This document shows, piece after piece, positions 44,866-57,279 of a stretch of 64,000 nucleotides of DNA. The notes under the pieces were generated by a model. It was given only the letters and a program-made list of their open reading frames with translations. It was not told the origin of the DNA and did not search any database. This DNA comes from Psammoneis japonica (Eukaryota), in contig QPGO01000112.1 in NCBI GenBank assembly GCA_008632985.1, positions 124,001-188,000 of the forward strand, read 5' to 3'. Each line of letters begins with the position of its first letter. Position 1 is the stretch's first letter. The translations under genes were made by a program, and so were the position numbers.

Positions 44866-47800
44866 TGGAACAAAAACAAACTCAGGAAAACGCCAATGAG
44901 GGAGCCTGCGTTTCAATCAGCAGAGAGGAGCAGCACACAATGAATGCACCAAGTGTGCACACACCAGTGCAATGCAAGAGAGCAGAGCACAGAGGCAATG
45001 ACAAACTCCAAACAAAATCTGAAGATGACAACAATGAAGTCATGAACCCTCCAGACTGTGAAGTGCAGCACAAATGGCAAAGCTGACAGCAAAGATGTCA
45101 ACTCCTGTGGCCAGCCCTCAGGCACTCTCCCTTGTCAGAACAGAGGGAAAGAGTTGCCTCGGTGGGGCTCTTGGGAGAAAAGCAAGTGACAAGATTGTGG
45201 GCATCAAATTGCTTGGCTTTGCCAGAAAAGATCTTTGAGACCTTGGCTCTCCTTTCTCAAAATGAGAGAGCAGCACAATTTGTGCGTCAAACCTGCAGGC
45301 TTTTTCAGGGAAAACAACAGAGCATCTTTGCCTGACTTGAGAACATTGACACCATCACTCAGACATGTTCTCTCATCATCACTCAGCGACGTGTGGAAAA
45401 TGTGATTGGGCCCTGCTCTTGTTGTTCAGAGCTGAGCAAGTTTGCTTGATGAGAAACACACCTGTTTGCTTGTCAAGTGCTCATTCTAAGTGGGTCATTT
45501 TAAAAAAAATTTGGCCAAATCAACAATGTGGGAAACCAGGTGCTCAAGGACATTTGGTCTCACAGAGCATGGGCTCCTGACAAGATTTGCTTTGAACTCA
45601 ACCATCACAGCACAACAATTGAAAATGCCAGAGCATCAGTTGTCAACTGAGTTGGCAAAGCAGGGGACTGCACAGTGAGCAAAATGTGATTTGTTTCCAT
45701 GATCACACACACCCAAGTTGATCCAGCCAACCTCCGGCCATTGTTCTTGTTCATCACTGGCTGGAGTGCACTGCTGACAATTTTGGTTGTGTTCCCTTGT
45801 CCGCTGGCTCTCATTTTGCAACTTTGGTCTCTGCTGAATGACTTTTGCTTTCTGTCCTGGCAATGTTCAACATTTGGTGCGTGCTCTCCTCCTGCTTCAT
45901 TTCTGCACACTGTCACTTTGCCACCTTTGCCCCCTCTGTTGTCCAAGCCTTTCTGTCCTGCTGTCTCTTGCAGCCTGTGTCTTGCATCTTGGCATCTGTG
46001 TCTTGCATCTTGGCATTCTTGGCTGTGCTGGCATTGACTCATGCTCCAATCTTTTGTGCTTTAAAGTGAGTCAGTTGCCATGGCAGCTTTTTTGTGGCAA
46101 GATGTGAGAACAAAATCCCTGCAGCAGCAAACTTGACCCTCCCAACCCCAGAGTGCAAGGGACCTCATGATGAAAACAGTTGCCCCCTGACAGCCTGCAA
46201 GAAGCTGAGGGCGCTGGCAGCATTGGGCACATCCCAGGTGTGACTTCAAGAGCTTTGGCTGAGCATCACAAGGCTGATCTCTTGTGGTGACGTGGCTCTT
46301 TGTCACCTTGTCCCCAAGAGCACCTGCCAACTTTCCCATCTGCTCCCATGTGCAAGGATCCCACAGTGTGGCACATGGCACTGACCAGCCTGACAGCTGC
46401 AAGCTGAGGATTGTGGCATCATCTGGAAGACCCCAGGTGCAACACTTTAAAAGAACAGTTGCTGGGCATCAGTGCAAGAGGTTGCTCTTGAAGTGTTGTG
46501 GCCCCGTGTCATGCTGTGGCCAACCACAGCTGACTTGAACTTCCCAACTCCAGAGTCTGGAGACACCGGCAAGCTGAGGACACTGTGGCATCATCTGGTG
46601 AACTCCAGGCAACACCCTTTGGGAGCTGTGGCTGAGCAGCAAGTTTGATCATCTGGTGCTGTGGTGCCAAAGATTTGGTTGCTGAGTGGCAGCAGGTGAG
46701 CAAAACTTCAAAAAGCAAAGCACTGGGAGTGCCAGAAATGCTGAGTTGTTTTGCAGTGGCAAAATGGCTTGAAAAAGAGTTTGGCTTTTTGAGGAAGACA
46801 TGACTTTCAATGCACCCGCTTTCAACGTGTCAGTGACAAATCTTCTCAAGTGCTGAAGATTGAGAGGGCAGTGTCAAATTTCAGAGTGCAAGCAGGCTGT
46901 CAATCCACATGAACAAAGCTTGACAAATGGGCTCATTGTGACACACCTGCTTGCAAGATGTGCAGGCCACGATCATGCCAGGATGATGACCTCCAAACTC
47001 CTCTCAACAAACACTTTTGAGACACCAGCTCTCCCAGATGCTGAAAAATCTTTTTGCACAAAAAAAACTGACACAGAATTCCTTGAAATTGATGCAGAAG
47101 TGGCTGCATGTGTGATGCAAAGGGTGCATTGTCAAAATGCTGTCAAAGTCACAGTTCAGCAGCACAAGCCCCCCCTCCTGGAGAGCTCAAGTGTGTGTCA
47201 ATGAACAGCACATTAAAAAAGGAACATTGCCACAAATGGGCATCATCTTGATGAAGCCCCCTGTTCTTTGTTGGCGTCAAGAAAGAACCAACCCTCCTCT
47301 CCATTGTGCCCTGAGTCATGAGTCTTGAGACCCAGGCAACCCACTTGACTCAAACTTTTTGGAAGCATCATCTGGGCTTTGTCCCCTGTTGGAGACAAAA
47401 ACACCAAAGATGGTGCAAGCATTGTTGTTTTGCAAGAGTGGGACAGGCATGTGCTGCTGGCAGCATTGGGCATTTGGGGCTAGAGCTGGCTTCTGGCACT
47501 GGGTGGAACACACACCTTTCTTCTTGCTGTCTTGCTGGAAAGCACAGTGGGGGGACAAATTTTGGCAATGACAGCTCTCCATGGCTGATGTGACCATCTG
47601 CTTGTGACCCCAAAACTTGTCAAGCTAGAGCTTTGCAAATTGGTGTAACAACATGAGTTGGCTGGAGTGTGCAACACGCTGAAATTGGGGGGCTTGCAAT
47701 TGCATGATGTGGCAGTGCACAAAGCAGCCCAGACCAAGACACCAACAGCTTCTTTGTCCCCTCTGTCCAAGAAAGAAACTTCAAGAAGTTTGACGATGTG

Positions 47801-49650
47801 TCACTCAAAATGTTTTTAGATCTGCGACTGCATTCACGGCCAGTGCAAGTTCTTTGCAGCACTTGCTTGCCCAGCAGCTGCGCCAGTGCGCCAACACCCA
47901 ACGCTGTCATTCAAGGTGAGGCATGCAGGCAGTGCACTTGCAGCATCAGAGCATTGTTTGTGCGTGGCACAATGCACCAACAACATGTGCAACAGACAGC
48001 CAAATGGATCTCTCTTGGATCTCTCAGTTGTCATTGCCGTCCCAGCACATTGGTCAGATTGCACCCTCAGGCTGTTGGCTCAGAGTGCTTTCTTCACCCA
48101 CCAAGGTTTGCAGCAACATGTGGGGCAATGTTTCTCACAGTCACAAAGGTTGGGGGGGGGCATCTCATGGCACGTGATTTTGTCTCCAGCAACAAGAAAG
48201 GAGGGGCACCCACAGCATGAACGTTCTTTTGTTGTCTGAGGCACAATCCTGTGGCATCCACCCACTCACACCCTCTGCGTGTGTTTCTGGGGGTCCGTCA
48301 CAACCTCCGGCTCAATAGATTCTGACATCTCAAGCACTTGTTGAACTTTGAGTTTGATTCCAATCACCCACAGCCATTGCATTTGGGGCCTCATGGCAAA
48401 GCACGTTGAACAATTTGAACAATGTGACTGAATGAAAAAGACTGGCACACCGACTCCTTGTGGGTCACATGCTTGTTGATCGTTTTCGGCATTGCTGGGC
48501 AAAGGTGCAGCAGCACTTGAAAAGTGAAAAAAATGCTGAGAGAAAACTCTTCTCAATTGCTGCACTCTGCACACATTGAAGAATTGCTGCACCCAAAACA
48601 GCAAAAGCTTTGTCAAACAACTGCACACCGCAAACTGACACAAAATGCCACCAAAGTTGCTCAGAAATGTGCGCACATGACAGTCAGCACATGCGTTGTC
48701 AAAAACACACCAACGTTGCACCCCAGCAGTGTGGAGCCCTGTTGCTTGGAGCAAGGGCCATGTTGAAAAATGGCCTGTTCCAGCTCCAGGTGACGTGCAA
48801 TCCACAGCGCAAGAGGCCAATTTTCGGCGCAGTTTGGCACATTGAACACTCCTTCAAATTTGATCGTTTCGAAAATTGAAAGGCAAGTGCACACAAAAAA
48901 ATAAAATTTTATGTGCTCTTGCCCTTCGACTGTGAAAAAAATTGATTTTGAGCAAGTTTGGTTTGCCAAGCGGGCCTGTGGTGGGAATTGAGCCCGCCCA
49001 GCGCATCACCTGGAGCTGTGGCAGGCCAAATGACAAATTGCAAAACAATGAGCACTGCTGCAAAACAAGCAGTTTGTGTTGACGCCATTGTCTGTCTTGT
49101 TTTTCATGCCCCGAGTTTTCACGAAGGTTTTGAAACCCACGCAGCCAACTTTTCTGAGCAACAACTCGAGAGCTTTTTGGAAGTGTTGTTTGGCCTTCTG
49201 ATGCTTTGTGGCCCTTGGTGGAGACAAAAATGCTTGTGGCACAAGTGTTGCCAGTGTCCCACTCTTTGAGCTGATGTTCTGCAGGAGCAGAACAGCCGTG
49301 TGTTGCTCACAGCATTGAGTGTTTGATGGCAGAGCTGGCTTTTCATGGGGAGAGCACCTTTGCCACGTGGGAAAGTGCAGGGTGGGGGCAATTTTTCAGT
49401 GGTGACAACAGCTCTGTGTGAGAGACTGACATGACTCTCTCTGCTTGCGTCGAGAACTTCACATTGGTGTGACATCAGTCGGTTGATGTGAGCAAGTTCT
49501 TGAAAATTGAAAAGGGGGGTTTTGTGATTGCGAGTGGCAGAGCTTCGTACGTGCTGCTGCGCACGCACGTGGCAATTTCCCTCCGAGAAACAAACTTCAA
49601 CCTCGATGATGTGTCACACCTCTCCAGAGCGCTGACATTCAAGACGAGAC
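44866..49650. mobile_element. Heavily decayed repeat-derived DNA (TA- and CG-depleted), continuing the block that hosts the LINE
   Basis: Same dinucleotide signature as 30.9-37 kb; no recognisable protein. Confidence 0.6.
48771..49028. mobile_element. MITE-like ~260 bp element with ~22 bp imperfect terminal inverted repeats
   Basis: tggcctgttccagctccaggtg at 48771 and cacctggagctgtggcaggcca at ~49006-49028; second, inverted copy at 31.6-31.8 kb. Confidence 0.5.
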
Positions 49651-50041
49651 ATAGGGGCAGCGCACCCTCTAGCATGTATGCGCAGACATGTGCAATCGTA
49701 CGTCAGCACAACATCAATCAAAGAACGCGTCAACGATGACCACGCACCGTAGACTCCAGCCACGTCATTTATGGCTTTCGAAATCAATAATATAGATACG
49801 AATATTCGAATGCTTCGCCAAGGACATCTGATTGGTCACATTTTCGGAAGATTGTTGTTTTCGTTCTACGTAGTCGTGATGGCACGTCGTACCGCACCGG
49901 TACGTACCACCTCTTCGACTTCACTTTCACCCTTCCTTCCTCCTTCCACATTTCTCACAATTTTCAATAGAGTCGTTTTCACTCCGGCGACCCTTATTTC
50001 AACTCGACTTTTGCCAAGAAGGCTTTAACTACATCGCACCC

Positions 50042-50536
50042 ATGAAGACACCTGTGATTGGCGGCTTGGCCATTTTCAACCTGGCCATGTATGCATCCCG
50101 TGCTGGCGTCGGCGGTGCGATTTTGAACGATGTGTTCAACGGAGTCGAGAGGACGGACCTGAACGTTGTCAGCAGCACACTTGTGACGGTCACGCTTGTC
50201 ATGTGTGTCATTGGCGTCGCCGTGTCCGTGGCGCAGATGGTTCACGTCTTGGAGTGGAGCAACGCCACGCGCGTCACGGGATGGGCTGCGGGTGCGATTG
50301 TTCTCTTGCTTGACTTTTTGTGCATGGGTTTGGCGATCAAGCAGTGGCAGGTGGGCGGAGATCTTGGAAGTCAGGCCAACTTCCTTGGAGCTGGTTCAGT
50401 GATTTGTGTCGTCACCATGCTTCTGCAGTTTTTAATCATCTTCACTCTCCAGGTGGACGAAGAAAGTCCTCATCCTCCTACAGCCGTGAAGGTGGCTCCT
50501 CGCGAAGAACAAGGACTACCGGTTGAGGAGGCCTAG
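50042..50536 (+). CDS. AWPM-19-like four-TM membrane protein
   Basis: Intact 164-aa ORF: FNLAMY...LNDVFNG...VIGVAVSVAQMVHVLEW...LCMGLAIKQWQVGG parallels the plant AWPM-19 pattern LNLIMY...LNHFING...VVG.AS..AG.HHVR.W...LAFGLACKEIHIGG (recalled from memory). Confidence 0.7.
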   Translation: MKTPVIGGLAIFNLAMYASRAGVGGAILNDVFNGVERTDLNVVSSTLVTVTLVMCVIGVAVSVAQMVHVLEWSNATRVTGWAAGAIVLLLDFLCMGLAIKQWQVGGDLGSQANFLGAGSVICVVTMLLQFLIIFTLQVDEESPHPPTAVKVAPREEQGLPVEEA

Positions 50537-51507
50537 GAGGCAAGAATTTATTACTCTGAAAAACCTCTCACGACGAGATGATGAGGTTAAGACCTAGCTA
50601 GCTGAAGTAATTTATTAGCGAACTTGCTCTGTGCAATTTATGTGACACAAAAATTTTCAAAATGGTTGTGAATAGCAACTCGACTGGCTTGGACCAAGTT
50701 GGTCCCTCTTACTGACTCCAACCATGCGTGCGTTTTCCGAATAAAAAGAGACGGACCATCCAAACATGCTCACATATGCATTACCGTTCAAACCTGATCC
50801 CATTCCATCGTATTATCTCCATCATACTGATCGATTCCAATGCGACCAGCGCTTTTCAAGCTACCAGTCACATAAAGCAAAACGATTGGCTACGCCAGGA
50901 CGTTTCTATATGAGCTTAGTGAGACAGCATTTCAAATCGTTCCTTTCGTTTGGCAACGTTGCGTGGTCATGCTCGTAAACGAAAGCTCTCCCTTGGAATA
51001 CAGTTTCTGTCCATGCTTGGTTCCTCACAGAAGCCGTATGGTCCGATAATCAAGATAATCGATATCTGTAAGCAAGTCAGTCCCATCGGATCAGCGGACT
51101 GCGGAGTACAAATTATTTCCGTCGACTTCGATGCTATCTACCGGTATGACATCTCATTTTTTTTGAATTGGAAACGTTACTTACTTTTGGTTTCGATCCA
51201 CGTCTGTCCATCGACTTCGTGGGTCGAAAGTTCCCTCCAACGCAACGCGCGCCAATGACGCGATGCCGACCGCAAAACGCGATGACCAATAACCATCTTC
51301 ATCGCGTTTGTTACCACTACCGCTCTCACCCACCTCCAACCTTCATAGGAGGCAGCCTCTTGAGCGAGACAAACCTTTAAAGTTCGCTCTACAAGACACA
51401 CCTACTTTCGGCTTCATCGCTGTGTGTACATGCTCAGTAACAAAAGCGCATTCTCTGTCTTTCTCGTGGTCGCATACTTTGCAACATTCTTACAAGAAAA
51501 AAACAAA

Positions 51508-52422
51508 ATGTTTGTTCGGTGCTTCCAACGCAAAGCAGCGACAAAAATCTTGACATCAAGACAAGCTCAGCGACTCGTACCGCTTCTGAATCAAGCAAGT
51601 TATACGATGAAATCTCAAGAGCAAAAAGCATCTTGTTTTTCCAGCACCAGCGCCGCTGTGTCTCCTCTCAGCGGGCACGAGGTGATGAAGGCCCTGAACG
51701 ACGACAAAACCTTTGTTGGTAACGCGGTGCCAGAAGCCATGGAAGCTCTTGTCAACGCCAGTGCTGTTTGCTTTGATGTCGATTCCACTGTCATCACGGA
51801 AGAAGGTATTGACGTTTTGGCCGATTTCCTAAACAAGGGCGAAGAGGTAGCAGCTTTGACAGCCTCGGCCATGTCTGGAGATACAAAGTTCGAAGATGCC
51901 CTCGAGGCACGCCTTAGCTTGTTGCAGCCGTCTCGACAGAATATTGAAGATTGTATAAAGGAGCATCCGTTGGAACTATCGCCAGGCATTGAAGAGTTGG
52001 TTGAAGCGCTTCATGAAGCAATGGTGGATGTCTATTTTGTTTCAGGAGGCTTTCGAATCATGATTGAGCCACTTGCCAAGATGCTCTGCGTTGGCAAAGC
52101 AAATATTATCGCCAACACTATTTTTTTTGATGAGAACGATGGGAGCTATGCTGGTTTTGATGCTTCGGAGCCAACCTCGGCCGACATGGGAAAAGCCAAG
52201 GCGTTGACGAAATTACAAAAGGAGAACGGGTATGAAACCATGGTTATGGTGGGGGATGGTGCCACCGATGCACAAGCGAGGCCTCCAGCTCGTTCATTTA
52301 TTGGATTTGGTGGCGTCATTTCGAGACCTGCTGTTCAAGCTAAGGCCTGCTGGTACGTCAATGACTTTGACGACATGACATACATCGTCAAGAACTTTCA
52401 CAAGAACCACGTGAAGAAGTAA
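51508..52422 (+). CDS. PSPH: Phosphoserine phosphatase (HAD), probable mitochondrial-type presequence
   Basis: FDVDST (DxDxT), EGIDVLA, VSGGF, GKAKA, MVGDGATD, FIGFGG; R/K/S-rich N-terminus lacking acidic residues from ATG 51508. Confidence 0.93.
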   Translation: MFVRCFQRKAATKILTSRQAQRLVPLLNQASYTMKSQEQKASCFSSTSAAVSPLSGHEVMKALNDDKTFVGNAVPEAMEALVNASAVCFDVDSTVITEEGIDVLADFLNKGEEVAALTASAMSGDTKFEDALEARLSLLQPSRQNIEDCIKEHPLELSPGIEELVEALHEAMVDVYFVSGGFRIMIEPLAKMLCVGKANIIANTIFFDENDGSYAGFDASEPTSADMGKAKALTKLQKENGYETMVMVGDGATDAQARPPARSFIGFGGVISRPAVQAKACWYVNDFDDMTYIVKNFHKNHVKK

Positions 52423-52669
52423 TTGATAGTGAATTAATAAAGTTGTCAACAACATGTCCAAGACGATGCCACATAAATGCTATTGCCGCTACCAAGCTTC
52501 TCCGTTAGAGCTAGACGTTTATACAGGCGCACGGTGTGCATCAAGCTGAGGATGCACGCGTGGGGCTAGGATAGACGGGAGCTGTGCACTGGTCATCCGT
52601 GACATTTGCTGCATGAATACTCGTTACTTATCAAATGGAGCCCCGCTTTGACTGCAATAGGTCAATAAT

Positions 52670-54389
52670 TCACATTTGCGTGTCGTTTCTCTTGTCTCTC
52701 GCCATGTCGGCAATGAGGGTGCGTTGGACACGATACTCGTCTTGTAGCACCGTGGTAAAGATCGCCAGATTCAACAAGCCACAGAGAACCCATCCGAACG
52801 TACCAATGTTAAACGCTGCGGTCCTCCCTCCAGTGACCTTGATAAGCATGGCAATAAACACTGGCCCAAGTCCACGACCAAAATCGTCAAAGGTGTTGGC
52901 GAGCGCAAAAGCTTGCCCTCTCATGGTGGGAAGAGTGACATTTTGTAATGTTGCTTTGACGATGGGACCAGTCACACCGGATCCCATGCCAGCAGCAAAT
53001 GCTGTACCAACAACGATTAGAACGAAGGTGTTTGAATCGACGCCATTCAAAAGAAACCAAAACGGAAAGCAGGCCAAGATAGCACTTAATCCAGAGAGAA
53101 GAGCAGGATACCTAGGATCTTTTCCGTACAAATGCTTTCCTGCGCCACCTCCTGCCAACATCCCGAGAAAGTTACCGCAGCCAAACCAGAGCAAAATAAA
53201 CGTAGCAAACTACGTATACAAACGAGGACAAGGGAAATAAAGTTTGAAAGTAAGAATAGAATGAAACCAGAGAAAACTAGGCGGCACATGCACTTACCTC
53301 AACAGACATGCCCCGGTCTTCAGATAGAAAGTCGTTGAGATACGTGCCGACAATACCCCAAGGAATGCACCCGGGAACCCCTTGGATTATGGCGAGCAAT
53401 ACTGTGGGACTTGAAAATAGAGTGCAAAAGCTATGAATGAGATCTAAAGGTGTCTCGATTTTTGTCGCCACATGATCCTTATCGAAAGCGGTGTCATGAG
53501 TTTCTGTTCGATATAGCAGATCGGAGTCGTCGTCAAATAGTTTTGCCGATTTTTCGTCGGGTAGACTTGCATCACGGTAAGGTAGTGCTTCTGCCATCAA
53601 GTTGTTGCTCCCTGCATAAACCCCACCTGGTTCTAATTTAACGCGAGGCTCAAGAGATGTAAGCTCAATTTGGGGCTGAGTATAAGGCTCATCGTCGTCT
53701 CCTTGAGGTAGGCTCGCCCATTCTTCGTTACTCCTTTCTTGACTCCTCTGGTTTAAAACGGCAGTCTCCATACCGCCACGTTCGGGATCTTGAACAGAAA
53801 AGAGAACTAGAGCAGCCAGAAGAAGAGCAGGTAGACTGGCAACCAAAAAGGGCAGTCTCCATCCAAAGGTTGGTCCTAAAAAGCCGGCAAGTCCCTGTCC
53901 GAGCGCAATCCCTAATCCCGAACCCATTGCAATCAGTGCGTTTACGCCGTGTCGCTCATTCGGTTGAAACAGGTCCCCCATAACTGAATAAATAACCGGC
54001 ATGGCTCCTCCCAAACTAAAGCCAGTAATTGCCCGACATGCGTATAACTGCCAATAGCTCGTTGTAAAGTACGTTAAGAAACAAGCTCCTTCCCCAATCC
54101 ACACAGTCAAGGCGAATAACACAGAACGGTTGTGTCGGTCTGCTAAGCACCCAAAGAGCATCGTAGCTGGTACACCCGTCATCCAGAATGCTAGAGCAAT
54201 ATCACCACCCAGTTTCTGATCACGTTCCAAGTCTGTAAACCCAAACTCTTTTGCCATGGCTGACAGATTCGGTGACATGAGATTTTGATCGGCATACAAT
54301 AGCACAGTTGTCGCGGCATAACAAGACATTGCCCAACGGCGACGAGGAGAGCCTTCCGTCTCCAGCGAGGATGGTTCCGATGCTTCCAT
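52670..54389 (-). CDS. MFS transporter (Spinster-like); exons 54389-53298 and 53209-52670
   Basis: LLYADQNLM, FGCLADRHNR (MFS motif A), RAITGFSLGG, GWRLPF, RGQAFAL; gtaagt...tag phase-0 intron joining VE|FATFILLWFG. Confidence 0.9.
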
Positions 54390-54896
54390 CTTTTGTAGTC
54401 AGGTTTAAACTAGCTTCTATTGCAGGTCAAAACATGCTCTTTCTGAGCCTACTATCATCCTCTTGTCCCCTGCTTTCTTCGATTCAATCGCCATTGTTAT
54501 AACATCCATTCTAATGGGTAACTCGCGGAACAACGCCGAGGCGAAAATCGAAAATTCCAAAATCTCGCTCGCGCGCGTCTTTGGATTTGCCAGTCCGTAC
54601 GTCGTAGGAGCGTGTTCCAGTTGCCCGCAGTTTCGCGCGCTTTTTTGTCACGCCTCAGAGCATGCACGATTGACGCGACTGACATCATTGAGACATCTGA
54701 CATCATCATCACATGCAACAATCGATCACTCGCCGTGGCGTGCTATGGTGTCATTCATCGTCTTTCTGTGTATCCTGCATTGCGTCTGAAATAACCCAAA
54801 GCTGATTGGGTTTGCTGTGCCGCCCCTGTTTCGTTCGTGGGTGTTGGTGTTGCTTCAATATACTTGCTACAGTCATCAAAGAATCGCAGCAACAAA

Positions 54897-55939
54897 ATGT
54901 CAACGAAAAAGGTCGCGTACGTACTGCTATTTCTTGTAACAACGCTGTCAGCTTTTCAAGTGCCCAACGATGTGCGACAATCCCAATCGGGCATCATAAC
55001 AGGTGTGGAAGCCTACCCGAATCGCTTATCTCTTACTCTACTCGAGTCAAAGCCGAATGACGCACGGGATGTTGCAGATATATCTAAGAACAACGATGAA
55101 AAAGAGCAGGAAAGACGAACAGATTATGAGAGACGTCGACGTCTCTGGGAAGAGCGATATGGTTCAGTAGAGGCGTTGAAACGGAGCTTTGGTGACACGT
55201 CACGATGGGGCGACTTAGATCCCGAATCAACGCGACTTCTATACCACACTCTTTTGCCGAGATCCTTGTTGGGATTGCACGAAGCCGGATTAATGAGACC
55301 AGATGAACTGGCACCACTGGCTTACCAAGCACGAGTGGCAGCCAAAGAATATGCTCGATATAGATCACGAGTTCCAGGACGGATTGTTGCCATGGCATAT
55401 GATGGATACCGGAGTTTTCGTCGCTATGGGACATTTCGTACAAAGGGCGTCAGCTGGGAGCAGCTCTGGGACAAGTACGAAGCTCAAATTGTAGAGGAGT
55501 GTGTTGACGAGCTGTCGGAAGGAAACGAAATCGACAAGGATGCTCTGACGGCTCGAATATACCTTCGAATCTTGGAGCGGAGTTGCGCAACAAATCAAGC
55601 GTTTGACAGAATGTTTCTCAAATCGAGCGATAACAATGAGGAATTCGAGGATTTGGATGATATAGCCAAGCAGCTTGACCACGATGTTAGGGAGATCCTT
55701 CTTCATCCCAAGGGTGCAAAGAAATGAGAAAGTACAAAATCAAGGCGGAAAAGCGGCAAGAGAAGGTTGCCAGGAAGGTAGCTTCGAAACAAAGAGCGCA
55801 GGAGGAAAAAGCGGAAAAGAAGCGTTTGAGACAGGAGCAGAAACGAGAAAAGGCCGCAGAAAAGGCACGAACAAGAGCAGAAAAGGAAGAACGAAAGCGC
55901 TTAAAGGCAGAGAGGAAAAAGGCAGAACGACAGAGCTAG
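54897..55939 (+). CDS. Probable plastid-targeted protein of unknown function; K/E/R-rich tail after a frameshift at ~55725
   Basis: Signal peptide ending LSAF-QVP, ~277-aa ORF, then an overlapping coiled-coil-like ORF 55724-55939. Confidence 0.65.
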
Positions 55940-56577
55940 CTAAGCCGGGACACTAACCATCATCCCGTCGGATTTGTCAATCCTTTTTAATTCGCTCGAG
56001 GCGTCAGGGTTAAGGAAGCTAACGGTTTACACCTCAGAATCCGCCTCAATCTCTAATGCCAAATCGCACGAAAGTGGGCTTTGAGATGCATCAGACATAT
56101 TTGCTTATGTTGGACAGACCTTGACTTGTTCAACATGATGGCAAGATTAAATGGCTGCAATGTTAGAGGAATCCAATTGACTGGAAGACTCTTGTGTAAC
56201 GATGAGCTTCGACATGGCGACCATGCTCTGCCCTAAAAATGCCGGTACCATGTTGTTTCGAAACAAGACATACGTTGTTAGATTGTCCGCTAAAGAAATG
56301 ATTGTTGTGAAGACTCTATGCCGAGCAACAGCTTCGAACGAATGTTGCACACTCAATAGTCGACGCCGTGGTTTAAGGTCGAGATACGACCAAGGTTGAG
56401 GATCGATTCGACCATGGGGCCCAAAGCAGTAGCGCTATTTTTCACAGGCACATGTCAAAACGCGCATCGAAAACCTTGATGCTATCCTCGCTCTACCGGT
56501 ATAAGGTATAAGTCGTATGAATAATGCACATCCCTGTGCATTCTCTTTCTTCAACTATTCAATTTCTTCATCCAGGT

Positions 56578-57260
56578 GTCGTCGTTCCTTCTTGTTTGTA
56601 GCAAGTCGCGCTTTTGCAGACTCATCAACCTACGAAGCATTACAGGATGGGTTCTCACGTCTCTCCCATCTTTCACAATAGCCGGTGTCTTAAGGATGAA
56701 AGTTACTGGAGGCACATCTCAATTTCAAACAACTACAAGCTCCGGCACGTGCATATTCATTTCTAGTCTGAAAAGAAAAAGATGGCACTTTTGATAATGA
56801 TAAGTGTTGGTAGTGGTTTCCTTTCTTTTCTTAGTATCTGGAGAGTTTTCTGAATTCTGTGATTCGATGAGGTTGAGGATTGAGTCGACTAGGGCGCCTT
56901 GATAATGTCCTTATATCTTTCTTCAAGTGTTCAATTTCTTTCTCCAAGTAGTGTCGTCATTCCTTCTCGGTTGTAGCAAGTCGTGCTTTTGCAGAAAACG
57001 GCGAAGAATGCAGGGTTGGGTTCGGCGTCGCTCCCAGTTTTGACAATTGCCGGAGCCGAAACCCTGCTAAGATGCCCTGTTTTAAACAACGAGAATAACA
57101 AAGGAATGGAAAAAGTTCAATCTTTGACACAGACGAATTCATTTCTACTTCGTAGTCTAAAAAGGAACGGATGGCAACATTGATTTGACAAGGGGTGCCA
57201 TGGTTTTCTCCTTTCTCATTCTTATTTCTGGGAGAGTCTTCTGAATTCTATGATTGGTGA
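56578..57260. repeat. Diverged ~375 bp-period tandem duplication (possibly a broken minus-strand gene)
   Basis: gtcgtc.ttccttct...ttgtagcaagtcg.gcttttgcaga at 56578 and 56953; gagagt.ttctgaattct.tgatt at ~56841 and ~57232. Confidence 0.7.
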
Positions 57261-57279
57261 GTTGGTCATAACCTGCTGG

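Noticed and set aside
30850..49650. Dense short Cys/His-rich ORFs in all six frames (also at 60.8-64 kb) resembling metal-binding proteins
   Set aside because: Expected by-product of TA loss: fewer TAA/TAG stops and more TGY/CAY codons. No family motifs outside the LINE.
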